Virus record (IMG/VR): IMGVR_UViG_3300028591_000008 | Location: 32,001 to 96,000 of that record | DNA length: 64,000 nucleotides | From: a virus | Lineage: Duplodnaviria > Caudoviricetes | Direction: 5' to 3' (one strand) | Shown: in pieces, positions 22,788 through 34,205 of the stretch | Numbering within the stretch: position 1 is the first letter of the stretch | How the letters are laid out: each line of letters starts with the position of its first letter | The notes under the pieces: generated by a model | The model's database searches: none | What the model saw: only the letters and a program-made list of their open reading frames with translations | What the model was told of the DNA's origin: nothing | Made by a program: the position numbers and the translations under genes

Positions 22788-23771
22788 TTAACCCTGCGTC
22801 CTTACCATTTCTTCCATATCTATTACTACAAGCTGGAGTAAGTCTACCTGGTCTTCTGTAAACTCACTGAGCTTCATTCGACGTCCCATTGTCATTTCAA
22901 TTTTCTTTAGAATTGCACTTGCTACTTCTGGTCGAGCATTTTCACCTTCACCGACAAGTTGTTTCCAAAGAGTTTGTGCCTTTTCTCTAACTTCCCCAAA
23001 ATCGAGTTTTGTTTCGCTTTTGGTTTTAGTAGTATCAACAACAGTAGCTCCGTCCTTCTTTTCAGCCATTTCAATAGCGTCTGCAATTGCATTTACCAGC
23101 TCGTCATAACCAAATGGAATCTTATCGGGCATATATTTAAAACGACTACCTGCGAACAGAGTGGGAGTTTCACGAGTATAAAGCCAACGCTTACGTTCCC
23201 CATTTACCCATTCATTACCAATATATCCAATAATATCCACGATTCCGTTACAAACTTCACTCGCGCGCTTTGGAAGGTCTGGAGAAATGATTTCAACATC
23301 ACTACCATCAGCTGTCTTTTCAACACGAGAAGCACTATGTGCAATTAGTACAACACCATATCCAAGCTAAGTGATTCTACGGATAGAGGATTCAAATTCC
23401 TTTTTACAGGCTGTATAGCCTGCACCCCATGGAACATCACTAATTTTTTGAACACCATTTTGCTGGCAAATAAATTTTTCACACATTTCCCAGCAAATAG
23501 AAACTGTATCAATAATTACGGTTTTAAAACGCTCTTTAGAACGATTATCTTCGAGGTCACGTAGAGCCATTTTAAAATCGCTCCATTTATTTATATCAAA
23601 AGGATAAGCATCACCGATAGCATTATATCCTTTCTCAAAAGCCAAGAGAACTGCATCGGGGAAGGAGCAAGCCGCGGTAGTTTTACCGCTTTTTGGCTTG
23701 CCATAAAGTAGAACATACTTCCCTTTGAGATCTCTTGAAATTACATTCTTTTCAACTTCCCAAAGATGCAT
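22788..23771 (-). CDS. AAA_24/Sak4-like NTP-binding recombination protein (TAG read-through)
   Basis: Track ORFs 23367..23771 and 22788..23240 are in frame, joined at TAG 23367-23369 (IRRIT[Q]LGYGVVLIAH); GKPKSGKTT and IIDT motifs. Confidence 0.82.
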
Positions 23772-23782
23772 AAGGCACCTCC

Positions 23783-24694
23783 TTAGAAGCCAAGATCAAA
23801 GTCCTGCTTTGAACTAGTAGGTGCGGGAGTAGGATGAGTCTTGCTATTAGTCTTATCCTTAAGAGTCTCAAGATAAGCCTTATGCTCCTTAAGAGCCGCA
23901 GCCAGATCTGCTGGTGCAAAAGCCATATCATCTTCCATCGGAGACTGAGTTCCCTTAGTAACAATAAGCTCACTTACACTCACAGTCTGATGACGAACTT
24001 CTGGCTCACCAAAATCCATTTCCTCGATAATTTCACGAGTCGTACTAGTAAAATTAAGGCGTCCCTTCGCGCTATAAGTCTTCTGATTCTCCCAATAAGA
24101 AGTAATGGCATCAATTACGCGAGGATTGGTTGCATAAAGCTCCATCGTATCAACCTTGCCGCCGTACTGAGGCACAATTGCCTTAATACGAAGTTTCTTA
24201 GGTTCAACTTCAACACCATCAGCATCGGTTACAAAATCCATTGAAGAGATTGCAAATTCAAGGCTCCAAGAAGCCTCAGGACGGAACTCACCAGTTGCCT
24301 TTGCCACAAAAGAAGCATTAATGCGAGGAAACGAAACAAGCTGACCCTGGGGATTGTAATACTCATTCATTCGGATATTTGCATTAGTAATACGGATCTT
24401 ATCCGCGCCGGCCTCTCCAGCACCGGATGCAATAGATGTAAACTCAGTCATTACTTTTTCAATAGACTCATACGCGGGATTAGGCTTACCAGCATTAGTA
24501 AGCTTAGTCGCAAACATATACACAGGAATTTCCAGTGCAACATCTTCACCATTGATGGTCTGATTTACGAGAACTTTAATATTACCACCAATATTATCAA
24601 CAGTGCGGCCATCTTTAACAAAAGAACCATATTTTAGGTTGATTTCAGAGAGAATACCTTCAATACGTACCTTATTTTCTGCTTGTCTTAACAT
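23783..24694 (-). CDS. Putative single-stranded DNA-binding protein
   Basis: Beta-rich, two OB-like halves, acidic-aromatic tail DFDLGF, next to recombinase-like ATPase. Confidence 0.55.
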   Translation of the reverse strand: MLRQAENKVRIEGILSEINLKYGSFVKDGRTVDNIGGNIKVLVNQTINGEDVALEIPVYMFATKLTNAGKPNPAYESIEKVMTEFTSIASGAGEAGADKIRITNANIRMNEYYNPQGQLVSFPRINASFVAKATGEFRPEASWSLEFAISSMDFVTDADGVEVEPKKLRIKAIVPQYGGKVDTMELYATNPRVIDAITSYWENQKTYSAKGRLNFTSTTREIIEEMDFGEPEVRHQTVSVSELIVTKGTQSPMEDDMAFAPADLAAALKEHKAYLETLKDKTNSKTHPTPAPTSSKQDFDLGF

Positions 24695-24779
24695 ATTTTT
24701 ACCTCAGTTTTTGTTTAATAGTTTTTGTTTAATAGTTTCTTTTTACTAAAAAGGGAGTCAAATGACTCCCAATTCATTC

Positions 24780-25031
24780 TTACTCGTCTTCGCCCTGAAC
24801 GAAGTTAATACCCTCATCAGTCAGCTGAACATAGGTCAGAGGCTTCTCCTCGCCCTCAACAGCAACCTTCTCACGATAGGCCAGATTATTCTTTACGAGG
24901 GAATTTACACGACCAGTAATGGATGCGATCTTCTCACAATTCAGTGCAGTCTTCATTTCCTCAGTAGTGGCGCGGCCGCCGTGTGCCTGCAGATACTCAA
25001 GTGCCTCAAAAGTCTTTTCAGTTAGCTTCAT
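24780..25031 (-). CDS. Small winged-helix-like protein
   Basis: VNSLVKNNLA...YVQLTDEG pattern typical of MarR-type wHTH. Confidence 0.6.
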   Translation of the reverse strand: MKLTEKTFEALEYLQAHGGRATTEEMKTALNCEKIASITGRVNSLVKNNLAYREKVAVEGEEKPLTYVQLTDEGINFVQGEDE

Positions 25032-25142
25032 AATTCATATTCTCCTATTAATTAAAATATTTTTTTATTTGTTTTTAAAAGGTTTATCTCTCTCAACCTT
25101 TCTGTATATATTATACTATAAATTTCGTAAGATTTCAAATTT

Positions 25143-27482
25143 TCACAGCGAAGAAATTCCAATTACATAATTATTTGTTAATTTAATAAGTTTGGTTCCC
25201 TGCGCGCCGCGTGAAAGATTTGGAATATCATTATATTTAATTCTAATTTGAGTTGTGTTAGAATTAATTAATATATCTGCTTGTGAAGTAATTGCTATAA
25301 AATCACACATATTATCTGCTTTTTGAATTTTTACACCCTTGGTATTAGTTCCTGTTGTATTAAATTCATTAATATTAGTGCTTTTTCCATATCCATCAGA
25401 TGCTATACTAAAGATAGAAGTTGTATTTTTTGGTATGACTCGCGCGCTGACTACATAATCTCCAGTAGAAAGTTTCATACCAATAATACCTCGCGTTACG
25501 CGTCCAATTGATTTTATTGGTGCTGTAGCAACCATGATAAATTGTCCATCACGAGACATAATTCCAAGTCGTTCATCTTCCATAATAAGAATAGATACGA
25601 TCTCGTCATTTGAGTCAAGCTTTATAGCAAGTGCGCCAGTATTACGTTTCATATTGTACTCACTAAGTTTACTCTTTTTAATAAGTCCATTCTTAGTTAC
25701 AAAGACAATGTTTTTCGCGGCATTATTAGGATTAACTCCTACTGCTGCTGTAAGAGTTTCATCATCTCCTACAGAAAAATAATTTGCCAAGTATTGTTTT
25801 TCTCCAATTGTAAATTCTCCCATCTTCATGTGGTAATAATTTCCTTTATTGGTAAAGAACAAAATCATTTCTGTATTCTCACCAACTATATTATCTACCA
25901 AAATTTCATCTTTTTCAAGTTTTAACTTTGTCCCAATTCCATTGCGGCGTTGAGAATAAAGTGAAGAAGTCTCTGTTACGAATACTGCGCCTTTATTGGT
26001 GAAAGAAAGAGAAAGCTGTTTCTTCTCAGTCGGTTCGTCAGATTCATTTTCGATGTTAAGAATTTGAGTGCGGCGGGCGTCTCCAAATTTCTGCGCAATT
26101 TCGCGCCAGCCATTTATAAGTTCTTGATTGAAAAGCTCTTCACTTTTGAGAATTGCGTGGATGCGCGCGGCTTCAATCTGAAGTTTTTCTCTTTCGTCTT
26201 CAAGTTTTTTTACTTCGAGATTTGCCAGACGAGAAAGTTTCATATCAAGAACAGCTTTTGCTTGCTCATCGTCAAGGAGAAAACGATTTTGTAGTTCTTT
26301 TGAGGCGGCCGCGGTAGACGAAGAAGTTTTAATTACCTTTACTACCTCATCAATATTGGCAATACAAATTAGAAGTCCGTCCAAAATATGGATGCGCTTT
26401 TCTATCTTTGCAAGATCAAATTCAAAACCTCTCCTATACACAATCTTCTCATGGTCAATATGAGCTTGAAGCGCGGCCTTCCATCCAAATACTTTTGGAT
26501 AGCGTCCATCATCAAGCATTGTCATATTAATACCAAAATAGCTTTGAAGCGAAGTATTTTTATATAGATATTTAAGGACTCTATCTGGATTTGCTTTCTT
26601 TGTTAAGTAAATCTTAATAAGAGGATCAACGCCAGTAAGATCATTAAAACGTTCAATGCCTGGGTTATTAAGCTCATCATTTAGAATTTCTTCGAGTTCT
26701 CCACAGATTGTGTTGGTGTACACAGCATAAGGGATTTGAGATACAATAAAACATCTTTCTGCGGAGTCCCATTCCACAACAGATCTAAGCTTGCACGCCA
26801 ACCCCTGACCGGTTTTAAGGGCTTCTCTAACTTCTTTTTCATTAAGAAGCAGCGCGCCCGTAGCAAAGTCAGGCGCACAGTAAATATCATCGAACGTAGC
26901 GTCTGGATTAAGTAGTAATACTTCTAATGCATGATTTACCTCTTTAATATTAAATTGCGGGATAGAGCTGGCTGCGCCTATACCAATGCCCATAGTACCA
27001 TTTACTATATTATAAAAGCCTTTAGTAGGAAGTACAGACGGATATTGCTCCGTATCATCATAATTATCTCGCCATTCTTTAATAGTATTTTTATCAATAT
27101 CATTAAAGAGACGAACAGAGAACTCACTAAGACGTGAAGCTGTATAACGGGGCGCCGCCCAGTTGCCGCTTGACATCAAATTACCTTCATTACCTTCAAC
27201 CTCAATAAGAGGATAACGCATAGCAAAAGATTGACCCGCGCGCATAATAACTCCTTCACAGGAAGCATCGCCATGAATATACATGCGTGCTGCGCTACCA
27301 ATTGCTTTTAGTGTCTTTTTAAATGGCTTTGAAGGCAGAAATTTATCTGTATAAAGGCAATAAAAAATCTGACGAGCAGATGGCTTTAAACAGTCTCTTA
27401 CATCAACGAGTGCGCGGGATTGTAGAACAGCGCCGCTATATTGAGTAAAAGATTCTTCAATTACTTGTTTTAAATTACTCAT
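25143..27482 (-). CDS. gyrA: Type II topoisomerase subunit A (GyrA/ParC)
   Basis: DCLKPSARQI, YIHGD and AAPRYT catalytic Tyr; C-terminal pinwheel repeats. Confidence 0.9.
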   Translation of the reverse strand: MSNLKQVIEESFTQYSGAVLQSRALVDVRDCLKPSARQIFYCLYTDKFLPSKPFKKTLKAIGSAARMYIHGDASCEGVIMRAGQSFAMRYPLIEVEGNEGNLMSSGNWAAPRYTASRLSEFSVRLFNDIDKNTIKEWRDNYDDTEQYPSVLPTKGFYNIVNGTMGIGIGAASSIPQFNIKEVNHALEVLLLNPDATFDDIYCAPDFATGALLLNEKEVREALKTGQGLACKLRSVVEWDSAERCFIVSQIPYAVYTNTICGELEEILNDELNNPGIERFNDLTGVDPLIKIYLTKKANPDRVLKYLYKNTSLQSYFGINMTMLDDGRYPKVFGWKAALQAHIDHEKIVYRRGFEFDLAKIEKRIHILDGLLICIANIDEVVKVIKTSSSTAAASKELQNRFLLDDEQAKAVLDMKLSRLANLEVKKLEDEREKLQIEAARIHAILKSEELFNQELINGWREIAQKFGDARRTQILNIENESDEPTEKKQLSLSFTNKGAVFVTETSSLYSQRRNGIGTKLKLEKDEILVDNIVGENTEMILFFTNKGNYYHMKMGEFTIGEKQYLANYFSVGDDETLTAAVGVNPNNAAKNIVFVTKNGLIKKSKLSEYNMKRNTGALAIKLDSNDEIVSILIMEDERLGIMSRDGQFIMVATAPIKSIGRVTRGIIGMKLSTGDYVVSARVIPKNTTSIFSIASDGYGKSTNINEFNTTGTNTKGVKIQKADNMCDFIAITSQADILINSNTTQIRIKYNDIPNLSRGAQGTKLIKLTNNYVIGISSL

Positions 27483-27750
27483 TAATTATCTCCCTCATAT
27501 CAGCACCGCAGTTGGGACAGAAATGAAAGTACACAAAGTCGCAATATATCTGTCCACATTCCGAGCATTTGCCGATGTGTTGTCTATCCCACGGATCAAT
27601 TTCATCAATCCATTTTCCGTGTTTGATAAGCCGCACATCAGCGGCAGGAATTTCATTAAAGGCTTCCAATGCATTATGAAGATTTAAATGCCCAAATGTT
27701 TTATAAGTAGTGATTACTTTATCAAAATCAACATACTTTTTTTCTTCCAT
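27475..27750 (-). CDS. Small Zn-ribbon hypothetical protein
   Basis: HGKW...CSECG...FCPNCGADM; has its own promoter at 27782-27810. Confidence 0.7.
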   Translation of the reverse strand: MEEKKYVDFDKVITTYKTFGHLNLHNALEAFNEIPAADVRLIKHGKWIDEIDPWDRQHIGKCSECGQIYCDFVYFHFCPNCGADMREIINE

Positions 27751-27823
27751 ATTATAATCTCCATTTTCATTTTATATAAATATTATATCATAAAATTAAA
27801 GAGAAGTCAAATTAAGACTTCTC

Positions 27824-29674
27824 TTATTCTCTAACCTCCGAAAAATCAATCTTATTAAAAATAAAATCTTTTCTTGGTCCAACATCGCTACCCATTAGTT
27901 CTTCCAGCATATATAGACTATCTGGATCTGGTTCAAGCACATCCATACGCTGAAATTCTGGAGTGAACATAGATTTGTGTGCTTGTTCTACACTTAGGGC
28001 GCCCAGACCTTTCGCACGTTGTACTTCACCTTTAAGCTTGCCGCGGACTTTATTAAATTCTTCATCTGTAAAATAATAAGATTCATTTTTCCCATTCTTT
28101 ACAATATAGAGCGGTGAGCGGAGCCAACAAAGTCGCTTCTCGTTTAGGAACTCTGGTGCGAGGTATCGAAGGGCGGTCATTATAAGAAGACCAATATGGT
28201 AGCCATCTGAATCAGCGTCTGTACAAATTCCAATACGTCCATATCTAAGTTTAGATGCGTTGTATTTCCCAGGTACAATATTCATTGCACTTAGCAGTAA
28301 CTTAATCTCTTCATTCTGAAAAATCTTTTCTTCTGGATGTGCCAAGCAATTCAAAATTTTTCCTCGAATAGCTAAGATTCCATAATTCTTATAGTCACGC
28401 GCTTTTGCAATGCCGCCAGCCGCGGAATCACCCTCGACAATAAGTAGAGTTGCATTTTGTCCAAGGAATTCAGCATCTTTGAGTTTATCAGACGAGAATA
28501 CTTTTTTCTTTTGATTCTTTTCAATGTCTTTTGTAGCTTCAAGGACTTGCTTGCGCGCACGCTCTGCCGCAGCTTCTGCTTTGGCAATTTTTTTCAACAA
28601 TTCAACAATAGTATCAAATTCATCGCTATATTTTGTTTTCATTTGTTTTAGCGCATTACTAAAACAAGTTGAAGCCATAGTGCGAAGATTTGCATTGTTG
28701 ATTTTTGATTTTGTCTGATTCGCAAATGAAGGTTGTGCAACAGTACAATTAATTACATAGAATAGCCCGCCGCGAATTGCGTCACCATCAAAATTTTGTT
28801 TTGAAAGTGAATTAAATGTACGGGTAATTGAAGTCTTTGCACCAGTAATTGGTGTTCCCCCTTCTGGTACTCGTAAACCATTTACAAATACATAACTTTG
28901 TTCTTTTTTATCTCCCCATTGAAAAGCAATTTCAAGCTTGTCGCCATTTTCGTCTGTAATAGAATCATATATAATATGTTTATGAAGCGGCCGCCCTATA
29001 TTTTCTTTCACAAGGTCAATAATACCATTTTTACAATATTGTACTTGTGCGCCCGTGTCATCGTTTTTAATTGCAAAAGTAATTTTTGGATATAGATAAC
29101 TTATATTTTCAATATCTGTACAAATACGTTCAAAAGAATATTGAATTACTTCATCTTTAAACACTTCTGGATCGGGAATAAAACGAACATAAGTTCCATC
29201 TTGGTCTTTTGTTGTACCTTCTTTATAGTTAATTAAGTCACCTTTTTCAAAATAAGCAGAAGCACATTTACCATTTCTATTACTTTGTACTTCAAATTTT
29301 AATGAAGAAAGACAGGTACAACTAGCACCTATACCATTGAGGCCCGACGAGTTCTTATAAACATGGTCATCAAACTTACCACCAGTATGTGCTTTGGAAA
29401 ATACATCAACAAGCACATTAGTCCCATCTTCTTTTACAAGAAAAGGCACTCCACGCCCATAATCTCTAACAGCAATAAAATTTTCTTTTTCACTTACTGC
29501 AATTTCAATTTTATTACCATATCCAGCAAGTGCTTCGTCTGTCGCATTATTTATAATTTCTTTAAATGCTTGATAAGCACCTTCATTATCAGCGCTTCCA
29601 AGATACATTTGTATACGAGTACGTACTCCTTCTTTAAAAGTTAAAGATTTTATATCTTCTGCTTCATAACTCAT
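27824..29674 (-). CDS. gyrB: Type II topoisomerase subunit B (GyrB/ParE)
   Basis: EIINNATDE, HTGGKF, GLNGIG, VEGDSA, RGKILN, DADSDG and KGLG motifs. Confidence 0.92.
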   Translation of the reverse strand: MSYEAEDIKSLTFKEGVRTRIQMYLGSADNEGAYQAFKEIINNATDEALAGYGNKIEIAVSEKENFIAVRDYGRGVPFLVKEDGTNVLVDVFSKAHTGGKFDDHVYKNSSGLNGIGASCTCLSSLKFEVQSNRNGKCASAYFEKGDLINYKEGTTKDQDGTYVRFIPDPEVFKDEVIQYSFERICTDIENISYLYPKITFAIKNDDTGAQVQYCKNGIIDLVKENIGRPLHKHIIYDSITDENGDKLEIAFQWGDKKEQSYVFVNGLRVPEGGTPITGAKTSITRTFNSLSKQNFDGDAIRGGLFYVINCTVAQPSFANQTKSKINNANLRTMASTCFSNALKQMKTKYSDEFDTIVELLKKIAKAEAAAERARKQVLEATKDIEKNQKKKVFSSDKLKDAEFLGQNATLLIVEGDSAAGGIAKARDYKNYGILAIRGKILNCLAHPEEKIFQNEEIKLLLSAMNIVPGKYNASKLRYGRIGICTDADSDGYHIGLLIMTALRYLAPEFLNEKRLCWLRSPLYIVKNGKNESYYFTDEEFNKVRGKLKGEVQRAKGLGALSVEQAHKSMFTPEFQRMDVLEPDPDSLYMLEELMGSDVGPRKDFIFNKIDFSEVRE

Positions 29675-30093
29675 TTATTCATCTCCCACCGTTCATATGC
29701 TTCTTCAATTTTCTGCCAGTCTTCATCTTTGATGCCGCCGCACATCCATTTTTCTTTTAGATTGTAATAGCAAATAATCCAATATGTATCATTCATCCAA
29801 TTTTCATAAATTTCATTAATTGGAAGAATGTTATAATCTCCATCACAAACACTTGTAATTTTATCCCAGACCTTGTCCAGTGTGCGGTAGCCGCGACGAG
29901 TTATCTCAGCGCGAACGGCCGCGGCGTAAGTAATAAAATGATTCATTGGATAGTTCATTATTTTATTTACAAGAATATGATTTGGGGTACCTTTTGTTTG
30001 AATGTTGCTAGCAATCGCACTAATCTCGCGCCATTGAGCTATAAGCTGCTCACGAGGAAGAATAGAAATCATATCTTTATGCCAAAGTCTCAT
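29671..30093 (-). CDS. Pyrimidine-dimer DNA glycosylase (T4 endonuclease V-like)
   Basis: MRLWH...LPREQLIAQWRE family motif; start at ATG 30093 after AAAGGAG; promoter at 30122-30150. Confidence 0.7.
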   Translation of the reverse strand: MRLWHKDMISILPREQLIAQWREISAIASNIQTKGTPNHILVNKIMNYPMNHFITYAAAVRAEITRRGYRTLDKVWDKITSVCDGDYNILPINEIYENWMNDTYWIICYYNLKEKWMCGGIKDEDWQKIEEAYERWEMNK

Positions 30094-30238
30094 ATATTTT
30101 CTCCTTTCATTATATATAAATATTATAACATAAAAATATCGAGAAGTCAAATTTACTTCTCGATACCTTATTATAATTATATAAATATTCTTTACGATGG
30201 TTTTATTATATCATAATTTTAAATAAAAATCAAATTTA

Positions 30239-30754
30239 TTAATAACTTCCTCCAGACCATGCTGTAAAATCTGTTTGATCTAAAGTAGATATAATTAAAT
30301 CTCCATTATTATTCTAAAATGTGTATTTAGATGATGGATTAAATAAATATACTAAATCCCAGCAGCCATTAGTTACTCTATTTTCATTATATATAAACAT
30401 CCATGTACAGTTTATTGTAAATTCAGATGTAACTTTAGTAGCATTTGAAGAAACTAAATAAATTGGTTTTGCTCCAAGATTATTTACATTTAATGTACAT
30501 TCACCAGTAGATGAAATAATATTATTTGTTATAATGCAACAAGTACCACTTTTTAATTCAGTAATACCCTATACTGTTGCAGTAAAAATAGTGCTTGTAG
30601 AATTACTATTAATATTACCAAAAGGAATTTTTTCAGTTAGTAGCGCTGCGCCACCGGCGTTTTTTGATCCAGCATATGTTGAAGGTATTAATTGTTTTAA
30701 TTTATTTATTGCTCTCTCTAATAAGCTTACATTTATTAATTTATCATAAGCCAC
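30239..30754 (-). CDS. Tail-fibre-associated protein (TAG read-through)
   Basis: Open through two TAGs to TAA 30239; TLNVNNLGAKPI motif common in phage fibre proteins. Confidence 0.65.
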
Positions 30755-30766
30755 TTAGATCACTCC

Positions 30767-31933
30767 TTACTCAAACAGCGCATCAATATCGTCGGTTGTT
30801 GCAAGAGATATTTCACTTTCCTCCACATAGCCAGAGAGATCAATAGTACTTCCAAGTTCTTCCCAAGAGGTTCCATTCCAAGCATATTCACCACCAGTTT
30901 CTGTTACATGCCAAACATCACCAGTTGTATTGCCACTACTTGGTAAGGCTGAAACAGTAGCTTTTGTGCCTTTATAATTCATTGCTGCGGATATTTTATT
31001 ATCAATTTCGGTTTTAGTATACGCATCTGTGATACCATATCCAGATAAAGTGGTAGCACTATTTGCTTTGCCAGAAACAGCTGCTGCAACAAAAGCAGTA
31101 GATGCAATTTGAGTGGTACTAGTTCCTGGAGCTGCAGTTGGCGCTTTTGGAGTCCCCTTAAAATCTGGAGAGGTTATTGGTGCACGACTTGTATCAGTTG
31201 GATGGACATGATCTCCACGCGCGAAAGCCATTTCAGTACCAACCGCAGCGGTGCCGTCCATTTTTGGAGTGGTAGTACTTGCAGCCGCGCCTTCGGGCAC
31301 ATCAGCTCCAGTAATATAACCACTATCATTTGTTAAATCACTGGTTTTTGTTGGAACGGTAATATTTACTGTTTTATCAGTAACTGTTAATTCAGTGCCA
31401 TTTTTTTGAATGGCTTCGATGACATTATCTTTTGCGCTTTCAGAAATACCAGATAATTTATTTTTTTCTGTTGTAGTAAAATCTTCAGTACTAAGACCTT
31501 TTCCAGCAACTTTATCTACTTTATCATTTAATGCTGCATTTATAACTTTATTTTGTACTGGATTTGTAGAGGTAGTAGAAAATGTAGCATCTACAGTTGT
31601 TTTATTAGCACCTGCTGCTATTCCGGAAAGTTTTTGCTTCTCTTCTGTTGTATAGTTATTATCTGTATGAGTATAATTTGCATCCTATACTAAATTTTCT
31701 GGTTTGTTTAAAATCGCAGCGTCACCAGTTGTAGCATTCCAATCTGCGTTAACATTGACTTCTGCACCAGTGGCGATGTTTGCTAATTTTGTTTTTTCTT
31801 CTTGTGTGAAGTTAGTATCTGATAATCCTTTACCATCTACTTTATCTACTTTACTAGCAAATAATAAGTCTAATTTTGTTTTAAAATATGATAAAAGATC
31901 AATATCAATTAATTTCTGTAAGTCTACTGCCAT
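30767..31933 (-). CDS. Fibre/minor structural protein with internal repeats (TAG read-through)
   Basis: Track ORFs 31685..31933 and 30767..31300 are in frame; DKVDGKGLS...EKxKLxxI repeats, ARGDHVHPTD and GTPKAPTA fibre motifs. Confidence 0.75.
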
Positions 31934-31945
31934 TTTTATCCTCCA

Positions 31946-32455
31946 TTAACTAAACATTTTATTTATTGCAGCAACATCTGCTTTACCAATATTAAAGTAT
32001 TCTAAACTATTGTCTCCTTCTAGAATTGGTTTAGAATTGATAGACGGTTTATTTGTGATTGATCTATAATCAACAGGTTTTTCTGATAAGAAAGGAAGAT
32101 CTATTACTTTTGTAATACCGTCACCAATTTTAACTCCAGGTATTACGGTATTTTTATTTGTGTAGTAGTTAGTATAAATATAAAAAGCACCATCTTCAGA
32201 TGTTAAATTTATCTAATCATTCCAACCTTCTGTTGTATTATAATAAATAGCTCGCAAATTTAATTCTGATAACTATATATTTCCTTGTAAAGTTACTGAA
32301 TTAATTTGCGGTTTGTTTTTCAAGTTATTATAATCTTGCCCACCGCTTGGCTTACCTGGATTAATACTTTGAGATATGTCTAAATCATATCCATTAGTAT
32401 CTAATTCTAAATCAATTATGCCATTATTTTCTAATATAATTCCATAGTCAGCCAT
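31946..32455 (-). CDS. Structural/fibre-associated protein (TAG read-through)
   Basis: DYNNLKNKPQINSVTLQG and KIGDG motifs; open to TAA 31946. Confidence 0.65.
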
Positions 32456-32457
32456 AA

Positions 32458-32766
32458 TTATAATACCTCTTTAATTAGATTTTTAAAGAGCATTATTTTT
32501 TTAACTTTTGTCGCTGCGCGGGCACCGTTATCATAAATCCAGTTTAGCTATATTTCTGCTTCTAAATTCCAGCGGAAAGCTAAAGTTTCTTCTTGAGTAA
32601 AAGTTACTTGAAGAGTGTTTTTATCTATAATTATTATATCTTCTCCAGTTTTAGTATATTTAATACTGCCCTAACGAATTGTAAAATAAATTTTTGCTGG
32701 CTCGTTGAAGTCTAGACTATCATCTAATACTGTTAAAGTAAAGGTTGGAGTAGTTCCTATTATCAT
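32458..32766 (-). CDS. BppU-like small structural protein (TAG read-through)
   Basis: MIIGTTPTFT...FTIR[Q]G...FTQEETL...EI[Q]LNW; GGAGG RBS. Confidence 0.65.
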
Positions 32767-32876
32767 TTTTCTTACCTCCAATTATGGCTATAAAAAAGTA
32801 GTAAAAAGAAAATGTAACTACTATAATTTGAATATTTAATAAATTTATGTTATTATATAATAAAGGATGTGGAGAT

Positions 32877-33371
32877 ATGTTTAAAGTTAAAAATAAAAAT
32901 ACAAATGAAATAATTCAAGTGCTTGACACATATTGTGATGATTATGGAAAAACTTGGTTTTTAATTTGGAAAGATAAATGGTGTTGGCGCGCGGCAGATA
33001 TATTTGTGCCACCCAATTATATACCAAAGAAGAAACTTATAATTGCGGGCAGTCGGACTTTTAATAATTTTCAACTTATACGTCAGACTCTTGATAATGA
33101 AAAAGATTCAATTTCTGAAGTTGTATGCGGTGAAGCACAGGGTGCAGATCTTTATGGGAAGGCCTGGGCACAATATCATGATATTCCAGTAAAAAGTTTT
33201 CCTGCTGATTGGCAACATCATGGCGCGGCCGCAGGATACATAAGAAATCATGAAATGGGTGACTATGCAGATGAACTGGTTGCTTTTTGGGATGGTAATA
33301 GTCCTGGTACAAAAGAAATGATTGAATATATGCAAAAACTTAATAAACCAGTTAGAGTTGTAGAATTTTGA
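32877..33371 (+). CDS. SLOG/DUF2493-like protein
   Basis: IIAGSRTF, GEAQGAD, AAGYIRN and AFWDGNSPGT motifs. Confidence 0.75.
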   Translation: MFKVKNKNTNEIIQVLDTYCDDYGKTWFLIWKDKWCWRAADIFVPPNYIPKKKLIIAGSRTFNNFQLIRQTLDNEKDSISEVVCGEAQGADLYGKAWAQYHDIPVKSFPADWQHHGAAAGYIRNHEMGDYADELVAFWDGNSPGTKEMIEYMQKLNKPVRVVEF

Positions 33372-33396
33372 CTTTTTAAAAATTTTGTGATACAAT
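33368..33396 (+). promoter_or_regulatory. Sigma70/SigA-like promoter
   Basis: TTGACT-N17-TACAAT with TG extension. Confidence 0.6.
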
Positions 33397-33450
33397 ATAA
33401 TTAAACGTGGATAGGAACACGTAATATAAATATAAAAGGAGATATTTATT

Positions 33451-33735
33451 ATGAAGTATTATAGTGAAGTAACTAAGAAAATTTATGATTCTGTTAATGA
33501 ACTAAAACAGGCAGAATCTGAAATCACAGAGAAGGCTAATGCCCGTAAGAAGGATGCAGAGATCGTAGAGAAGGCTTTTAGTGATTATCAAAACGCGCGC
33601 GTAGCTTATGAAAAGGCTATTAAAGATTTTTGTGATAAGTATGGTTCTTATCATAAAACCATTAAAAGTGAAGATGCTGATGATGTGATGGATGGAATCG
33701 GAAGTCTACGAGAGTTGGTTAATCTTTTATTTTAA
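33451..33735 (+). CDS. Hypothetical coiled-coil protein
   Basis: ORF track; AAGGAG RBS. Confidence 0.75.
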   Translation: MKYYSEVTKKIYDSVNELKQAESEITEKANARKKDAEIVEKAFSDYQNARVAYEKAIKDFCDKYGSYHKTIKSEDADDVMDGIGSLRELVNLLF

Positions 33736-33764
33736 CGAATAGAATTAAAGTTACTTTAAATAAT

Positions 33765-33800
33765 AAACCCTTAGATATAATATCTAAGGGTCATTTTTTA
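33765..33800. terminator. Intrinsic terminator between convergent genes
   Basis: ACCCTTAGATAT-A-ATATCTAAGGGT inverted repeat followed by a T-run. Confidence 0.7.
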
Positions 33801-34205
33801 TTTAATAAGATCCCAGCCATATACGCCAGGCTCCCAAACATTTCCATCGACATTAGAAATCCAATGCTGATCGCTGTGACTAACTTTCGCGCCGTTTGCA
33901 TAAGCGTCTTCTGCGCCAAGAGGTTGTCTCCATTCAGGCCATTCTTCACCAGGTTCGTCGACTCTGGTCCATACAGCAGGAATCAAATGCGGTGCCCAAT
34001 CGGATTGAGAAGTATGTGTTTCTGGAATCAACTTATACAGAAATTCATCTTCAGGATCTCTGACACGATCGCCTTTTACATAATTCGTATCGGATTTCCA
34101 CCAGGGAAAGAGTTCAACTGCTTCCAAAGCATCTTCGTCATCCAAGGATGCGGCAGCTTTTTCAATAAGAGGTCTAAGAGCTCTTGCTTTTTCTTGAGGA
34201 GTCAT
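33798..34205 (-). CDS. Tail-associated protein with Trp-rich CBM-like repeats
   Basis: WKSDTNYVKGDRV and AYANGAKVSHSDQHWISNVDGNVWEPG motifs. Confidence 0.7.
   Translation of the reverse strand: MTPQEKARALRPLIEKAAASLDDEDALEAVELFPWWKSDTNYVKGDRVRDPEDEFLYKLIPETHTSQSDWAPHLIPAVWTRVDEPGEEWPEWRQPLGAEDAYANGAKVSHSDQHWISNVDGNVWEPGVYGWDLIK

Noticed and set aside
10352-29674. Inteins or introns in NrdD, DnaE, DnaB or gyrase
   Set aside because: Protein lengths and motif spacing are continuous, and no intein boundary motifs were noticed.
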